The notes: generated by a model from the sequence alone, not told the origin. Positions 27,241 through 37,630 are shown, numbered from the stretch's first letter. The stretch: 64,000 bases of DNA from Pyrinomonadaceae bacterium (GCA_035537255.1 DATLMN010000065.1:826-64825), one strand, 5' to 3'. Made by a program: numbers and translations.

Positions 27241-30096
27241 TTAAAAATTGAAACGCAGGCCCAACTGAAACTGGCGCGGGTCGAAGGCAGCCGTCGGCTG
27301 ACCAAATGTTGGAAGCGGAGTCGCGCCGGTGCCGAACGTATTATTCGGGATGGAAAGGTTCGCGCGGTTGAGCACGTTGAAGCCTTCGGCGAGCACTTCC
27401 AGTGCAGTGTGATCCGTCAAGCGAAACCGGCGACTAAGGCGCAGGTCTAGCGAGGCGAAGTCGAAGCCGAGACCGCTGTTGCGTCCCACCCCTGCGGGAC
27501 GGTCGTTAGTGATCGTATCAAAGTTACGGTCATTGCCCGTCAGGATATTGAAAGGAAGGCGCGAGGCGTAAGTAAAAATATAGCTCAACCGAAAGCCTCG
27601 GAGCAGTAGGCTAATTCCTTCATTACTTCCTGCCGCTTGCGGCGCTTCGAGCGTACCACTGATGACGAAGCGGTGGCGCTGGTCATTCTCGGAGAGCCCT
27701 CTTTCATCGCGTAGATTAAAATTGTCCTGCGGCGTCGAGAAGAAAAAATTTCCCGCCGTGTCTATCGTCTTCGAGAGCGTGTAGGAGACTCTGAGACTGG
27801 CCCAGCGCGCAGCGCGCTTATTAAAGGCGACCACCATCCCGTTGTAATAAGAGTCCCCGGAACTCTCAAAGCGCGAGATGTTGCCCCAGTTCGGATCGGG
27901 CCTACCAAGATTAGCCACGCCCGCAGATGCCGGAAAGCGCGCCACGTTGATGTTGCGCGAGACTATCAAGTGACGCCCGCGCAGGTACAGGTATCCGATG
28001 GAAACGGAAGCATTGCCCGGCAGCTCGCGCTCAATCTGTAGATTGGCCTGCTCGCTGTAGCTGTTCTCAATCTGCGGGTCTATGCGCGTGATGTTGGGCT
28101 TCGTCGTCAGCGTTGCAGGCTGCGCCGCCAGCACGTTCGGAAAGAGGGGCGCGCCCGCTTGCGTCGGCGACAATTGCACGACGATGTACTTAGAGCCGTC
28201 GCGTTGCAGCGCGTTCGATGTAGCCCGCAGCGGAATACGGTCGAAGTAAAGTCCGAAGCTTGCGCGCAAGACCGTCTTGCCGCTACCCGGAGCAAAGGCT
28301 AGCCCCAATCGCGGCGCTAGATTGTTGGTGTCCGTCTCAACCGGGTCGGGCAAAAACTGCGCGTCGTAACGCAAGCCCGCGTTGATCGTTAAATCACTGC
28401 GCGGTCGCCACTCGTCCTGTATAAAGAGACCGATGTTAGGATTCCACTGCGACTGGCTCTGTGCTCCGAAGGCCTGCTGAAAACTGCTGTAATTGCCCGC
28501 CAGAAAATTGTTGAGCGCCGAAATCTGATCAGCCCCTGCGCCTGACGGCGAGAAGGTATAGACGCCTTGGAGCGCGCCTGGAAAAAGAATATTCACGCGG
28601 TTGTAGAGAAAATCCACGCCGCCTTTGATGGAATGCGCGCCGCGCTCCGTAGAGATGCTGTCGACCACTTCGTAGAGGTCTATGCCGCGCGCCAGCGGCG
28701 AGAAGGTCGCCGTGCCGAAGCTCGCCACGCCAGCGATGTTGACGGCAGGCCCTTTCGCATCGTTGACGGGCGCATCCAGCCGACTGTGAGTGTACTGAAA
28801 GCGCGCCTCGCCCAGCGTACGATTGCTGATGGTTGTGACGTTGCTCAAGACAAACGTCTGATCGCGATTGAGCAGCGCCGTGCCTCGACTGACAGCATTG
28901 AGTCCGCCGACGTTGCGCGAATTCGCGGCCTTGATGTCGTAGAGACTGTAACGCGCCGTCAGTTGATTTGATTCGTTGAGCTTGTGATCTACGCGCGCGA
29001 AAAAGTTTGTCGTGTCGTAGCCGGAGGGCACGATGCCCGTCTCTATGCGCGGGCCGCTGTAGCCGAGTTGATCTAAACGATTATTGATCCTCAGGACATT
29101 GACGGGCGCAATCGTGATGACCGTAGAGTCGTTACGACGCGTCTGCTCGAAATTGGCGAAAAGAAATGTGCGGTCGCGCAGAAGCGGGCCGCCGATGCTC
29201 GCTCCGTACTGCGCTTGCGTGAGCAGGTCTTTGCGCGGCGCGAGTGGATTGCGCGCGTCGAATCGCTGGTTACGAAAGAACCCGTAGAGTCGCCCGCGCC
29301 AGTCGTTCGTTCCCGATTGCGTCAGGATGTTAACGACGCCGCTAGAGGCTCGCCCGAACTCCGCTATGCCACCCGATGTGACCACCTGAAACTCGCGTAT
29401 CACGTCCTGGCTGTAGTATGTGCCCGTCAGGTCTGCCGCGTCGTCATTTGCCGAGAGGCCGTCGACGACGAAGCTGTTGCCGAGGTTTCGCTGACCGGCG
29501 ATGGAGAGCCCCTGTCCGGGCACGGCGGAGGTCTCCGCAAACCGCTGGTTACTGCCAGTGTTGGTGCGCGAAACGCCCGGGACGAGCAGCGCAAGGTCCA
29601 GGTAGTTCCGGCCATTCAAGGGCAGCTCGTCAATCTCGCGCGGAATGATGGTTTCCGCGACCTGCGTGCGCACAGATTCGATGACGGGAAGATCGGCTGT
29701 GATCTGAACGCTCTCCGCCAAGCCCGCGACCGCGAGCCTGACGGGCACATCAATCGTCTGGCCCACGGTCAACGTTAGATTCTTTCGTACAGTCTCGAAC
29801 CCTGTGTGCTCGATTACCAGAAGGTATGCGCCGACCGGCAAGTAAGCGAAGCGGTAATGCCCCTCACCGTCGCTCGCAGTCGTCCGATTCTGGTTGGTCT
29901 CAAGATTCGTGACGGTGAGTTTTGCGCCGATCAGCGCCGCGCCGTTTGTGTCCTCTACGCGACCGCTGAGCGTGGCGGAGGTGACGTTTTGCTGCGCCTG
30001 CGCCGTGGACAGACAAATCCAAAATGCGGTCAACACGGACAGACAAATGACGAGCCGTGTGGGCCAACCTCCGGCCTGCCTTGAATGAGAGATCAT
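27241..30096 (-). CDS. TonB-dependent receptor with N-terminal CarboxypepD_reg-like domain
   Basis: 951 aa with a signal peptide and LSGRVEDTNGAALIGAKLTVTNLETNQNRTTASDGEGHYRF. The size fits plug plus barrel. C-terminal ..LGLRFNF. Confidence 0.85.
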   Translation of the reverse strand: MISHSRQAGGWPTRLVICLSVLTAFWICLSTAQAQQNVTSATLSGRVEDTNGAALIGAKLTVTNLETNQNRTTASDGEGHYRFAYLPVGAYLLVIEHTGFETVRKNLTLTVGQTIDVPVRLAVAGLAESVQITADLPVIESVRTQVAETIIPREIDELPLNGRNYLDLALLVPGVSRTNTGSNQRFAETSAVPGQGLSIAGQRNLGNSFVVDGLSANDDAADLTGTYYSQDVIREFQVVTSGGIAEFGRASSGVVNILTQSGTNDWRGRLYGFFRNQRFDARNPLAPRKDLLTQAQYGASIGGPLLRDRTFLFANFEQTRRNDSTVITIAPVNVLRINNRLDQLGYSGPRIETGIVPSGYDTTNFFARVDHKLNESNQLTARYSLYDIKAANSRNVGGLNAVSRGTALLNRDQTFVLSNVTTISNRTLGEARFQYTHSRLDAPVNDAKGPAVNIAGVASFGTATFSPLARGIDLYEVVDSISTERGAHSIKGGVDFLYNRVNILFPGALQGVYTFSPSGAGADQISALNNFLAGNYSSFQQAFGAQSQSQWNPNIGLFIQDEWRPRSDLTINAGLRYDAQFLPDPVETDTNNLAPRLGLAFAPGSGKTVLRASFGLYFDRIPLRATSNALQRDGSKYIVVQLSPTQAGAPLFPNVLAAQPATLTTKPNITRIDPQIENSYSEQANLQIERELPGNASVSIGYLYLRGRHLIVSRNINVARFPASAGVANLGRPDPNWGNISRFESSGDSYYNGMVVAFNKRAARWASLRVSYTLSKTIDTAGNFFFSTPQDNFNLRDERGLSENDQRHRFVISGTLEAPQAAGSNEGISLLLRGFRLSYIFTYASRLPFNILTGNDRNFDTITNDRPAGVGRNSGLGFDFASLDLRLSRRFRLTDHTALEVLAEGFNVLNRANLSIPNNTFGTGATPLPTFGQPTAAFDPRQFQLGLRFNF

Positions 30097-30391
30097 AACT
30101 TTTCGCTCCCGCGCCTAAGAGACAAGAATCCGCTCGAAAAAATTCGTCCGGACGCGCTTTCCTTTGAAAGAGAAGCACGTCTTCCTTACTACTCGCGCCG
30201 GGTGCTCCCGCTGCGGATTCTTAGTTCCGCGAAGCAAAGAGCAATCCTAACGGCTGTAGCTTACAGGGACAGATTTTTACGCTGACTTTTGAGCGACACA
30301 CAGAAGCTACGCAGCATTGATAGACCGCAAATGGAAACGCCCGCGCATCCCTCTTCTGGAAAGAGATGATGCGACTCTTTTTGGCGCTCTA

Positions 30392-31000
30392 TCAGCCTAT
30401 GTTTATGCTCGCGGGTTCTGGTGCTGTGGCAGTGGGCGGCGCGCGCGGGCGAGATTGTCGGCAGATGACGGCGGGCAAAGTTTGAAGCTTGAAATTTTGT
30501 TCCGTAAGGGAAGCGAGCGTCGGCGGGCGCGGCCTGTGGTTAGCCGCGAGAACTGCTACGCTGCGCCCTCGCCTGACCTGCGACAGGTTAGAGACGGCAG
30601 CGGCGGCGCACTCCGGCGAGCAGGGGCGGATCAAAACATGCGCTTTCATGCTCGGCGGCCGAGGCGGTCGCGCGGCGCGTCCTGTCGATGCGCTATCCGT
30701 TGAAGAATGTGCGTTCGTTCCGCAATGCGATGAGGTTGATGCGTCGGCCTCTATAATCTCAGGAGCAGTCGTGCTGTTCGTCTCGGTTGCTTCCGCGTGA
30801 TGATGATCTTCGCTGGCGGTTACGCTGTGCGTTTGCGCCTCGCTCTCTTCGGAGAAGGCGTGGCTGCAAGAGCCTGCGGCATGCATCGGCTTGCCAGCGC
30901 AGCAACTCATCGTACAGGTTTGCTGCGCCGACGAGAGAGAGGCCGGAACGACGCCCGCTAGAAGCGCGAGCGCCAGGCCCGCCGCCAGCACAATACGCAT
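30392..31000 (-). CDS. Hypothetical secreted Cys/His-rich protein
   Basis: MRIVLAAGLALALLAGVVPASLSSAQ signal, then TCTMSCCAGKPMHAAGSCSH and EDHHHAE. Third-codon-position GC looks genuine at the 5' end, but the C-terminal half is low-complexity. Confidence 0.4.
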   Translation of the reverse strand: MRIVLAAGLALALLAGVVPASLSSAQQTCTMSCCAGKPMHAAGSCSHAFSEESEAQTHSVTASEDHHHAEATETNSTTAPEIIEADASTSSHCGTNAHSSTDSASTGRAARPPRPPSMKAHVLIRPCSPECAAAAVSNLSQVRRGRSVAVLAANHRPRPPTLASLTEQNFKLQTLPAVICRQSRPRAPPTATAPEPASINIG

Positions 31001-31184
31001 GACGTTGACGCAGATCAGCTTCGGATAGTAGAGCCTGGAAGGCACAGCCGGGATTTCCTCAAAGTGCGCGAGGCGTACAGAGATCGCAGGCGCATACTCT
31101 CACAGGAGCTTTTAAAAGATCAAGGTTTATGCTGTGAACTGAAAGGTTCGTGTAGCCTTCGATACTCTTGGAAACAACATCGGG

Positions 31185-31432
31185 AAGCCCCTGATAAGAG
31201 GCGATAGAATGTAGCCCATGACGTAAGTGGGGAAAGCAGTCAAGCAAAGAGTGAGAGCCCCGAAGGGGCGACAGAAATCCGATGTTGAGTATCTTTCAAA
31301 GATGAATCTCTTTCGCCCCTTCGGGGCTCTCACTCTTTGTATCAACTGTCCCCAAGGCTGACGCCGTGGGCTACACTCTATCGCCCCCTTCGGGGCTTGC
31401 TTGGCTGCATTTTGCCGCCCCTTCTGGGCTTT
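31185..31432. repeat. MITE-like multi-hairpin element R, copy 3 (inverted, more diverged)
   Basis: Same modules in the opposite order (..TAGCCCATGACGTAAGTGGGG..GAGAGCCCCGAAGGGGCGACAG..CCCCAAGGCTGACGCCGTGGGCTA..). Confidence 0.8.
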
Positions 31433-31444
31433 TTCATTCCCTTT

Positions 31445-32797
31445 CTAATTGACCAGACCGCCGTTTTCCAGCGCCGTGTAAGTGTCCGGCGAATAGAGTC
31501 CGAGCCAGGGGTCGTTGCCGGGCGTCAGGAAAAGCTCCGCATAAACCTTCTCGTTGAGGGCGTCGACGGTCATGTTCCGCGCACGATTAGCCAGCCAAGC
31601 ATGTATTCTGTTGCGCAGCACGTATTCGTTGCGCACAGTATCGAGCGCCATGTTGCGCTCAAGTTTTTCCACGATGCGCTCTAAGAGCTGAGCGTCTGCG
31701 GGAGTTTTGGCGCTCGCGTTCTCTACTATCGCAGCCGGAGTCTGGCGAGCGATCAGCGCAATGCTACGCTCGTCAAGACGCGCGTCCGCCGCATGTAGCG
31801 CAGCGATCTTGGCCCACGTGGCCTCGTCCATCACGGCCTCAAGCTCCCTGGCATCGGTCGTCATGGCCCTGAGGATATTTACTTCGACGACCATTTTAGT
31901 CATGGCGACGGGAGCGATCTCAAGCGCGTCGGGGTTTTGACGCCTCGCGGAGACTCTGGCGAGCACAGTGTCTGGCACGCGGCCTCCGCTTCTTTGCACA
32001 TCCGTTGACCAATCGGCGGCCGTCTGGTTAACGCGCGTTCTGTGATAACGATAAAAAGCTTCCGTCTGTTGCGCTTCAGTTTTTCCGGCGTACTGCTTGA
32101 CTACTTCTTCCGATTGGGCCAACCCGCGCAGAAAAGCCTTTGGGCCATACAGGCCCGGCAGCGCATCGACGACCCGGCCCTGCGTGTCCAGGATGTAGTG
32201 GATGCTGTTGCCCGTCAGAGTGCGCTCAAGCTTGCGGCCGTCGCCAAAATCTATCGTCACGCGCGGCGCGGGTCGCACGGATTTCCAGTGCAGGATAAAG
32301 CGCTCGCGTAAATTATCCGAGACCTCGCGATTGGCGTAGAGCACCGTGCGAAAGAAGCGACTGTTGGCGCAACTAAATTCTTCATTGAGATTGCCGAGCA
32401 ATCTTAAAGAGAGGATAGGTTTGCCACTGGCGGCGGCGGCACGCTTGGCCTGCTCAAAGTCCGTGTACCAGTAGAGACCGGAAGCGTAGCTGTCGCGCTG
32501 CTGGCTGACGGCATCGAGCGCCGCGCTTAACCGCAGCCACTCGGGACTCGTATCCCTCTGGACATTCGTATTCAGCGTATGACGCTTGATCTCATCATTG
32601 TAGATTTCCATGAGGGCGCTCAAGCCCGCCGGGCCCATCTCGCGCAAGCCCTTGATGGCCGTGGTCGATTCCGAAGAGTTTTCAGAGATGGCCTGGCGGG
32701 CAAGCGCCTCCGGCGTCGTCGCGGAATAAGCAACTTGCGCGAAACAGAGGCCGAAAACAACAAACAGCAGGATTGAAGGGAAAGATTTGAAGCGCAT
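31445..32797 (-). CDS. Hypothetical secreted protein
   Basis: ATG at 32797 is preceded by AGGAG. Signal peptide MRFKSFPSILLFVVFGLCFAQVAYS. No family recognised. Confidence 0.55.
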   Translation of the reverse strand: MRFKSFPSILLFVVFGLCFAQVAYSATTPEALARQAISENSSESTTAIKGLREMGPAGLSALMEIYNDEIKRHTLNTNVQRDTSPEWLRLSAALDAVSQQRDSYASGLYWYTDFEQAKRAAAASGKPILSLRLLGNLNEEFSCANSRFFRTVLYANREVSDNLRERFILHWKSVRPAPRVTIDFGDGRKLERTLTGNSIHYILDTQGRVVDALPGLYGPKAFLRGLAQSEEVVKQYAGKTEAQQTEAFYRYHRTRVNQTAADWSTDVQRSGGRVPDTVLARVSARRQNPDALEIAPVAMTKMVVEVNILRAMTTDARELEAVMDEATWAKIAALHAADARLDERSIALIARQTPAAIVENASAKTPADAQLLERIVEKLERNMALDTVRNEYVLRNRIHAWLANRARNMTVDALNEKVYAELFLTPGNDPWLGLYSPDTYTALENGGLVN

Positions 32798-32995
32798 AAC
32801 GGTCTCCTTAAAAAGCGAGCAGGATATTCGGCGAGGTGCTTTTGTGCTTTGAATACGCATAGGCCCTTGATGGTTGTCCCTTAAGGAAAAACTAAAGGCA
32901 TAAGTATAGAAGGCCCGTGGCCTCTACTTTTGCCTTTGTCTCTGCGGTTTTTTTGCGATTTTAGAGCGGGTTGCGGTTGAGAGTATGTAAGAACG

Positions 32996-33098
32996 TTCAC
33001 CGCAGAGGCGCAGAGTTTACGCAGAGCAGACGCAGAGAGTGGAATTTAATTCTCTGCGTCTGCTCTGCGCCTTTCTCTCTGTGCGTCTCTGCGGTGAA
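32996..33098. repeat. Inverted repeat family H copy 1 (CAGAG-unit arms)
   Basis: TTCACCGCAGAGGCGCAGAGTTTACGCAGAGCAGACGCAGAGAG ... CTCTGCGTCTGCTCTGCGCC..CTCTGTGCGTCTCTGCGGTGAA. Confidence 0.85.
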
Positions 33099-33132
33099 TT
33101 GATTCGCGCTTTACTTTCAGCTGAAAATTGTT

Positions 33133-36099
33133 CTAAGCGACGGGAGTCGTCACTGCCGAGGCCGCCTCGTAATCGCCCGCGACGACGACCGTCAGGTGTT
33201 CGGGCCTGAAGTATTTGCGAATCGCCGCGTTGACCTCCTCAACTGTGACCGCCTGAATGATCTGCGGATAGCGGTCTATGTAGTCCACACCCAGACCGTA
33301 AAACTCTGCATTCCACAGCGCACGCGAGAGCCCAGCGTTGGTCGCGAGCCCGACTTTGAAAGAGCCTATGGCCGAAGATTTTTCATCCGCCAGCTCGTCC
33401 TCCCTTATGCCATGCTCGACGTAATCGCGCAGCACTGTGAGCGCAGAGTTGATAGCCTTCTCTACATTCTGTGGATTGACAGTGACGCCTACGTACCAGG
33501 GGCCGGCCGCCAGCGTCGGCGCGCGAAAGATGGAATTGATACCGTAGGTCAAACCCTCTTTGTCACGTACCTGTAGTCCAAGACGCGAGGAGAGCGTCGA
33601 TTGGCCCAACGCGCTGTTGGCGATTATCGCTGCGTAGTAATCCGAAGAGTCGCGGCGCAGCGGCGCGGCCGTTCCGATCAGCACATCAACGCTCGCCTTC
33701 TCTTTGAGGATGACGACTTCGCGTCGCGAGCCCTGTTGCTGTTCCGGGTCTCGGACGCTGATGTCGACGCTTTCAGGCCCTCCGAAGGAATCGAACGCTT
33801 CCGTGAACTGTGAGCGAACTTCATCCGCAGAGACATCGCCCGTCGTGACCAGGATGAGCGAGCGTCCGCCGTAATATTTTTGATAAAAGGCGCGTACATC
33901 TTCCACCGTGATCGAGTTGATGCTTTCGATCAGACGCTCGCCCGGCGGAACGAAGAAGGGATGCTCAGGGTCGAAGATGACCCCTGTGAAGCGCTCGTAG
34001 CCGCGATAGCGAGTGTTGGCCTGTTGCTCCTGAATCGAGGCGATTGATTGCTGCTTGAGCTTCTCCAATTCGTCTGCGGGGAACGCCGGCTCGCGCAACT
34101 CCTCTGCGAGCGCGCGGATCACTAGCGGTAAATCTTTGGCGAGCGCGCGTGCCACGAAGTTGACGGCGAAAGGGTCTGTCGAAAAATCCATCTCGGCCCC
34201 GACCGATTCAAGATCGCTGGCGAGTTGTAGCTTATCGCGCCGCAAAGTTCCGCGCTCAAGCATACCGGCCGTCAGATTCGCCAGCCCGGGCTTAGAGCGC
34301 GGCTCAAAATAAGAGCCCGCGCGAAGAGAGCCGCGCACGGAAACTGTCGGTGTCGCATGATTTTCCAGCACGAGCAAGGTTGCGCCCGTCTCAAGCTGTG
34401 TGCGCGCAACTCTTGAAGCAAGATTTGATTGGCCCACACTCTTAGGCGTATTCGCTTCAGCCGCGTCCGAAGATTTACTGCCGCGTCCTCCTGCTTGCCC
34501 CCGCTGCGCCGTCTCCTGCGGAGTCACGGAGCCGCCGCTGCCAGAGCCACGACCGCCATCCATCTCGCCATTAGACCTATCAAACGCAGCGCTCGGCTCA
34601 TCAGCTTCGGGCTCGTCATAAAACTTGACGCTGCGGCGCGGGAAGAGATCGCGAAGCGATGTGGCTTGACTGCTGCTTATGGCGCTCACTGATCCGTCTC
34701 CGTTACCGCTGCCGTTTCCATTGCCGCCGCCATTACTGTTACTGCCCGGCTGCTTCGGAATAAAATGGCCGACCGTGCGATTGTCTTCCGTGAAGTAGGT
34801 GCGCGCCACACGCGCCGTGTCCGCGCGCGTCACCTTCGCGATGTTCGTCGTGTAATCCTTGTAGAAGCGCCAGTCTGCGACGGCTTCGGCCTCGGACAAC
34901 TGAACGGCGATGGCGTAAGTTCCGTCGCTGTTATAAGCCTGCTGCGCGATGATCTGTTGTTTGGCCTTTTCGACTTCGGCTTCGGTCAAGCCTTCGCGCG
35001 CGACTCTATCCAACTCCAGGAGGATTTTTTCTTCGACCACTTTGGGCTCGACGCCCGGCGTCACGAGCGCGACCGCGTTGAAGAGTCCAGGGTCGCGATG
35101 CTGATCCGTATTGGCGTAAGCGTGAACGGCGAGCTGCGTCTCGACCAGCGATTGATAAAGGCGGCTGGTGATGCCTTGCGAGAGCGCGACCGAGAGCACG
35201 ACGAGCGGATAAATATCGTTCTCGACGGGCGGGGCTGCGGCACGCTCTGCCAGCTCACTGTTCGAGAGCACGTTCATTTGCCCTAGCACGCCCGGCGTAT
35301 GAAAGGCTATCTGCACGACGGCCAGCTCGCCGACGCGGCGAATCACCAGACGGCGCTCGCCCTGTTGCGGCGGCTCTTCTGTGTAAACTTCCGGGATCGG
35401 CTCTGTCGAAGCCTGATACGCACCGAAATAATTTTTGATTAGATCGAGCACCATCGCGCGTTCGAAATCGCCGACGATAATCACCGTCGCATTGTTCGGG
35501 TGATAAAAGGTGTCGTAGAAGGCCTTGAGGCGAGAGGTCGGCACGCCCTCGACATCAGCGCGCCAGCCGATGGTCGGATGATGATAGGGATGCTCGCGAA
35601 ACGCTGCGGCGTAGACGGCTTCGTCCAGAACTTCGGTCGGCTCGTTCTGTCCGCGCTCTAATTCGTTTCTGACCACGGTCATCTCGGACTGCCTGTCCTC
35701 GTCCGCGATCAGAGAGTTACGCATGCGGTCTGCTTCCAACTTTATCGCCAGCTCGATCTGATCCGACGGGACGGTCTGAAAATAGTTCGTGCGGTCGTAC
35801 CAGGTGGTCGCGTTAAAGTCCGCTCCGATCTTTTGCAGAGTGGCGGCGATCTGCGTATTGCTGGCCTTGTTAAAGGTCGGCGTGCCCTTGAACATCATAT
35901 GCTCAAGCAGATGCGTCGAGCCGGTGTAGCCTACGGCCTCGTTGCGCGAGCCGACCTTGTAGAGCACCAGCACGGTCGCCACGGGCGCAACTCGGTTTTC
36001 CAACAGCAACACTTTCATCCCGTTTTCCAGTCGGTACTCTTCGATCCCGTCCGCAGCCGCGACAAACTGGACGCCGTCCGGTAATTGTTCGTTCTCCAC
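33133..36099 (-). CDS. M16 (pitrilysin/insulinase) family peptidase, two M16 units fused
   Basis: HLLEHMMFKG (inverted zinc motif HxxEH) in the N-terminal unit and a second, inactive-type M16 unit. The two are separated by ~120 aa of Gly/Asn/Ser-rich low-complexity linker. Confidence 0.85.
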   Translation of the reverse strand: MENEQLPDGVQFVAAADGIEEYRLENGMKVLLLENRVAPVATVLVLYKVGSRNEAVGYTGSTHLLEHMMFKGTPTFNKASNTQIAATLQKIGADFNATTWYDRTNYFQTVPSDQIELAIKLEADRMRNSLIADEDRQSEMTVVRNELERGQNEPTEVLDEAVYAAAFREHPYHHPTIGWRADVEGVPTSRLKAFYDTFYHPNNATVIIVGDFERAMVLDLIKNYFGAYQASTEPIPEVYTEEPPQQGERRLVIRRVGELAVVQIAFHTPGVLGQMNVLSNSELAERAAAPPVENDIYPLVVLSVALSQGITSRLYQSLVETQLAVHAYANTDQHRDPGLFNAVALVTPGVEPKVVEEKILLELDRVAREGLTEAEVEKAKQQIIAQQAYNSDGTYAIAVQLSEAEAVADWRFYKDYTTNIAKVTRADTARVARTYFTEDNRTVGHFIPKQPGSNSNGGGNGNGSGNGDGSVSAISSSQATSLRDLFPRRSVKFYDEPEADEPSAAFDRSNGEMDGGRGSGSGGSVTPQETAQRGQAGGRGSKSSDAAEANTPKSVGQSNLASRVARTQLETGATLLVLENHATPTVSVRGSLRAGSYFEPRSKPGLANLTAGMLERGTLRRDKLQLASDLESVGAEMDFSTDPFAVNFVARALAKDLPLVIRALAEELREPAFPADELEKLKQQSIASIQEQQANTRYRGYERFTGVIFDPEHPFFVPPGERLIESINSITVEDVRAFYQKYYGGRSLILVTTGDVSADEVRSQFTEAFDSFGGPESVDISVRDPEQQQGSRREVVILKEKASVDVLIGTAAPLRRDSSDYYAAIIANSALGQSTLSSRLGLQVRDKEGLTYGINSIFRAPTLAAGPWYVGVTVNPQNVEKAINSALTVLRDYVEHGIREDELADEKSSAIGSFKVGLATNAGLSRALWNAEFYGLGVDYIDRYPQIIQAVTVEEVNAAIRKYFRPEHLTVVVAGDYEAASAVTTPVA

Positions 36100-36265
36100 A
36101 GCGATTGTTTCTCCTTCTTATCAATAAAGCGAGCGGCAGATAAATACGTTTGATCTGACGCGCTCCGGTCTTACTTTATGGCCTTGATTAAAATGTTCTA
36201 CGGAGAGACTACCCAAAGCGTTTCGTTCGGGGCAAGCTTGGAGAGGGCTTTTCCACCCCGCCCGT

Positions 36266-37630
36266 CTAGAAATTTTCCAGCACGAGGAGCGCCGTTTCGC
36301 CGCCGCCCGAAGAGACGTTGCAGAGCGAAGAGGCCGAGAGACGCACCAGCGCGCCCTCTACACGGTTGAGAAAGAGGAAGGGATTGAAGTCTATAAACAT
36401 CTCGTCTGTGAAGAGGCTGTCCGCCGTGAACATCGCCATGCGCGCTTTCTCGACCATGACGCGCTCCTGCACAACGAAGGAGTTTTGGAGAGCGAGCCGG
36501 ATGGCTTCCTCCCAAGCAGAGGTATCCGTCTCCCAGCCGATCACCACGCCATGACCGCCGTAATCGTCATTGGGTTTGATGACCAGACGCTCGCGCTCTT
36601 TCAGCAACACATCCAGAAGATCACGCTCCGCGCCACGGTAGGTCGTTTTACCGTCGCGCACGCGCCGCGTCCAGGGAATATGTTTAAGTATGCAGGCAAC
36701 CTGCTCCGGCGTGAACAGATAATGGTACGCTGGATCGCTGAGGATGGCGAAGCCCGCCTTCTTGTGGGCCAACTTTGTGCGGAAGGAGTTAATCAGGCAG
36801 ACCTTGTGCTCAATGTAAGCGCGCGCGAGCGGATGCGTCTCGTCGAACTTTTCCAGAAATTCATGAATAATGACGCGCTTGTAAAGAATATCTATCCGAA
36901 AATCTCCGGCGCGAAGCTCCTGGCCGTCGTATTCAAGAGAGCGCGGGTCTGCGATGATTGTCCTGTAGCCTTCCGCTTCAAAGTAATCTTTCAAAATCTC
37001 GAACTCGCTGGCGGTCGAGACGCCCTCCCAGTCGACGATGGCGATCTGCGCGTGCTCGCTCCTGTGGCCGCTCCACTCGCGATAGGTTTCGAGCATCGCA
37101 CGCAGTAGAGCTTGGTGCGGGCGCGGCAGCCAGTGTGCGCCGTGCTCTGCGAGAAACTCTTTCATGTGCGGTAGACCAAAGAGCACCTTTTCAAGCTGCA
37201 TCTGGTCGGCAATCCCCGCTGGGCTTTCGGCGTTGTATTCCAGAAACTGAAAATCCTCGCCGTCAAGATAAGCATCCAGACGGCTGGTCACGCAAAGCGT
37301 CTGGTATCCGGGATCGAAGCGCGCCATTCTCTTTTCGCGCTCGGTCAAATCCAGCTCGTTCATCAGCGCATCATCCTGAAGCGCCGCGTGGGCCAACCGC
37401 TCAAAGGCTGCGGCGAGCGTCTCTGCGGCACGCGCGACGCGCGTGTACTGCGAGCGCGAGAGAATCAGCGGGCGAAGAAAGGGACACGTGGGGCGCTCGT
37501 CATGCAGCAGTCCAAGCTCGCGCTGCGTATTGAGCAACTGCTCGAACAGTGGTGGGCCAATCGAGGCATCGCGCGCGATGCGCTCGTCCAGCCGACTAAC
37601 GGTTGAAGCAAGCTGCTTCGGGTTTGACAT
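36266..37630 (-). CDS. Circularly permuted ATP-grasp family protein
   Basis: ..RLDAYLDGEDFQFLEYNAESPAG.. and C-terminal ..ALVRLSASSLCNVSSGGGETALLV resemble the CP-ATP-grasp (DUF404/407-type) pattern. ATG at 37630 with GGAG upstream. Confidence 0.55.
   Translation of the reverse strand: MSNPKQLASTVSRLDERIARDASIGPPLFEQLLNTQRELGLLHDERPTCPFLRPLILSRSQYTRVARAAETLAAAFERLAHAALQDDALMNELDLTEREKRMARFDPGYQTLCVTSRLDAYLDGEDFQFLEYNAESPAGIADQMQLEKVLFGLPHMKEFLAEHGAHWLPRPHQALLRAMLETYREWSGHRSEHAQIAIVDWEGVSTASEFEILKDYFEAEGYRTIIADPRSLEYDGQELRAGDFRIDILYKRVIIHEFLEKFDETHPLARAYIEHKVCLINSFRTKLAHKKAGFAILSDPAYHYLFTPEQVACILKHIPWTRRVRDGKTTYRGAERDLLDVLLKERERLVIKPNDDYGGHGVVIGWETDTSAWEEAIRLALQNSFVVQERVMVEKARMAMFTADSLFTDEMFIDFNPFLFLNRVEGALVRLSASSLCNVSSGGGETALLVLENF

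Noticed and set aside
30097-30391. A riboswitch (e.g. cobalamin) in the 295-nt leader of the TonB-dependent receptor.
   Set aside because: I could not find a B12 box (GCCACTG-like) or other recognisable riboswitch core on the minus strand. An Rfam scan would be needed, so nothing is claimed.
31337-31684. ORF 31337..31684 (+), MYQLSPRLTPWATLYRPLRG..., as a real protein.
   Set aside because: Its N-terminus is simply a translation of repeat R3 (the CCCCAAGGCTGACGCCGTGGGCTA module), and the rest is antisense to gene 31445..32797.
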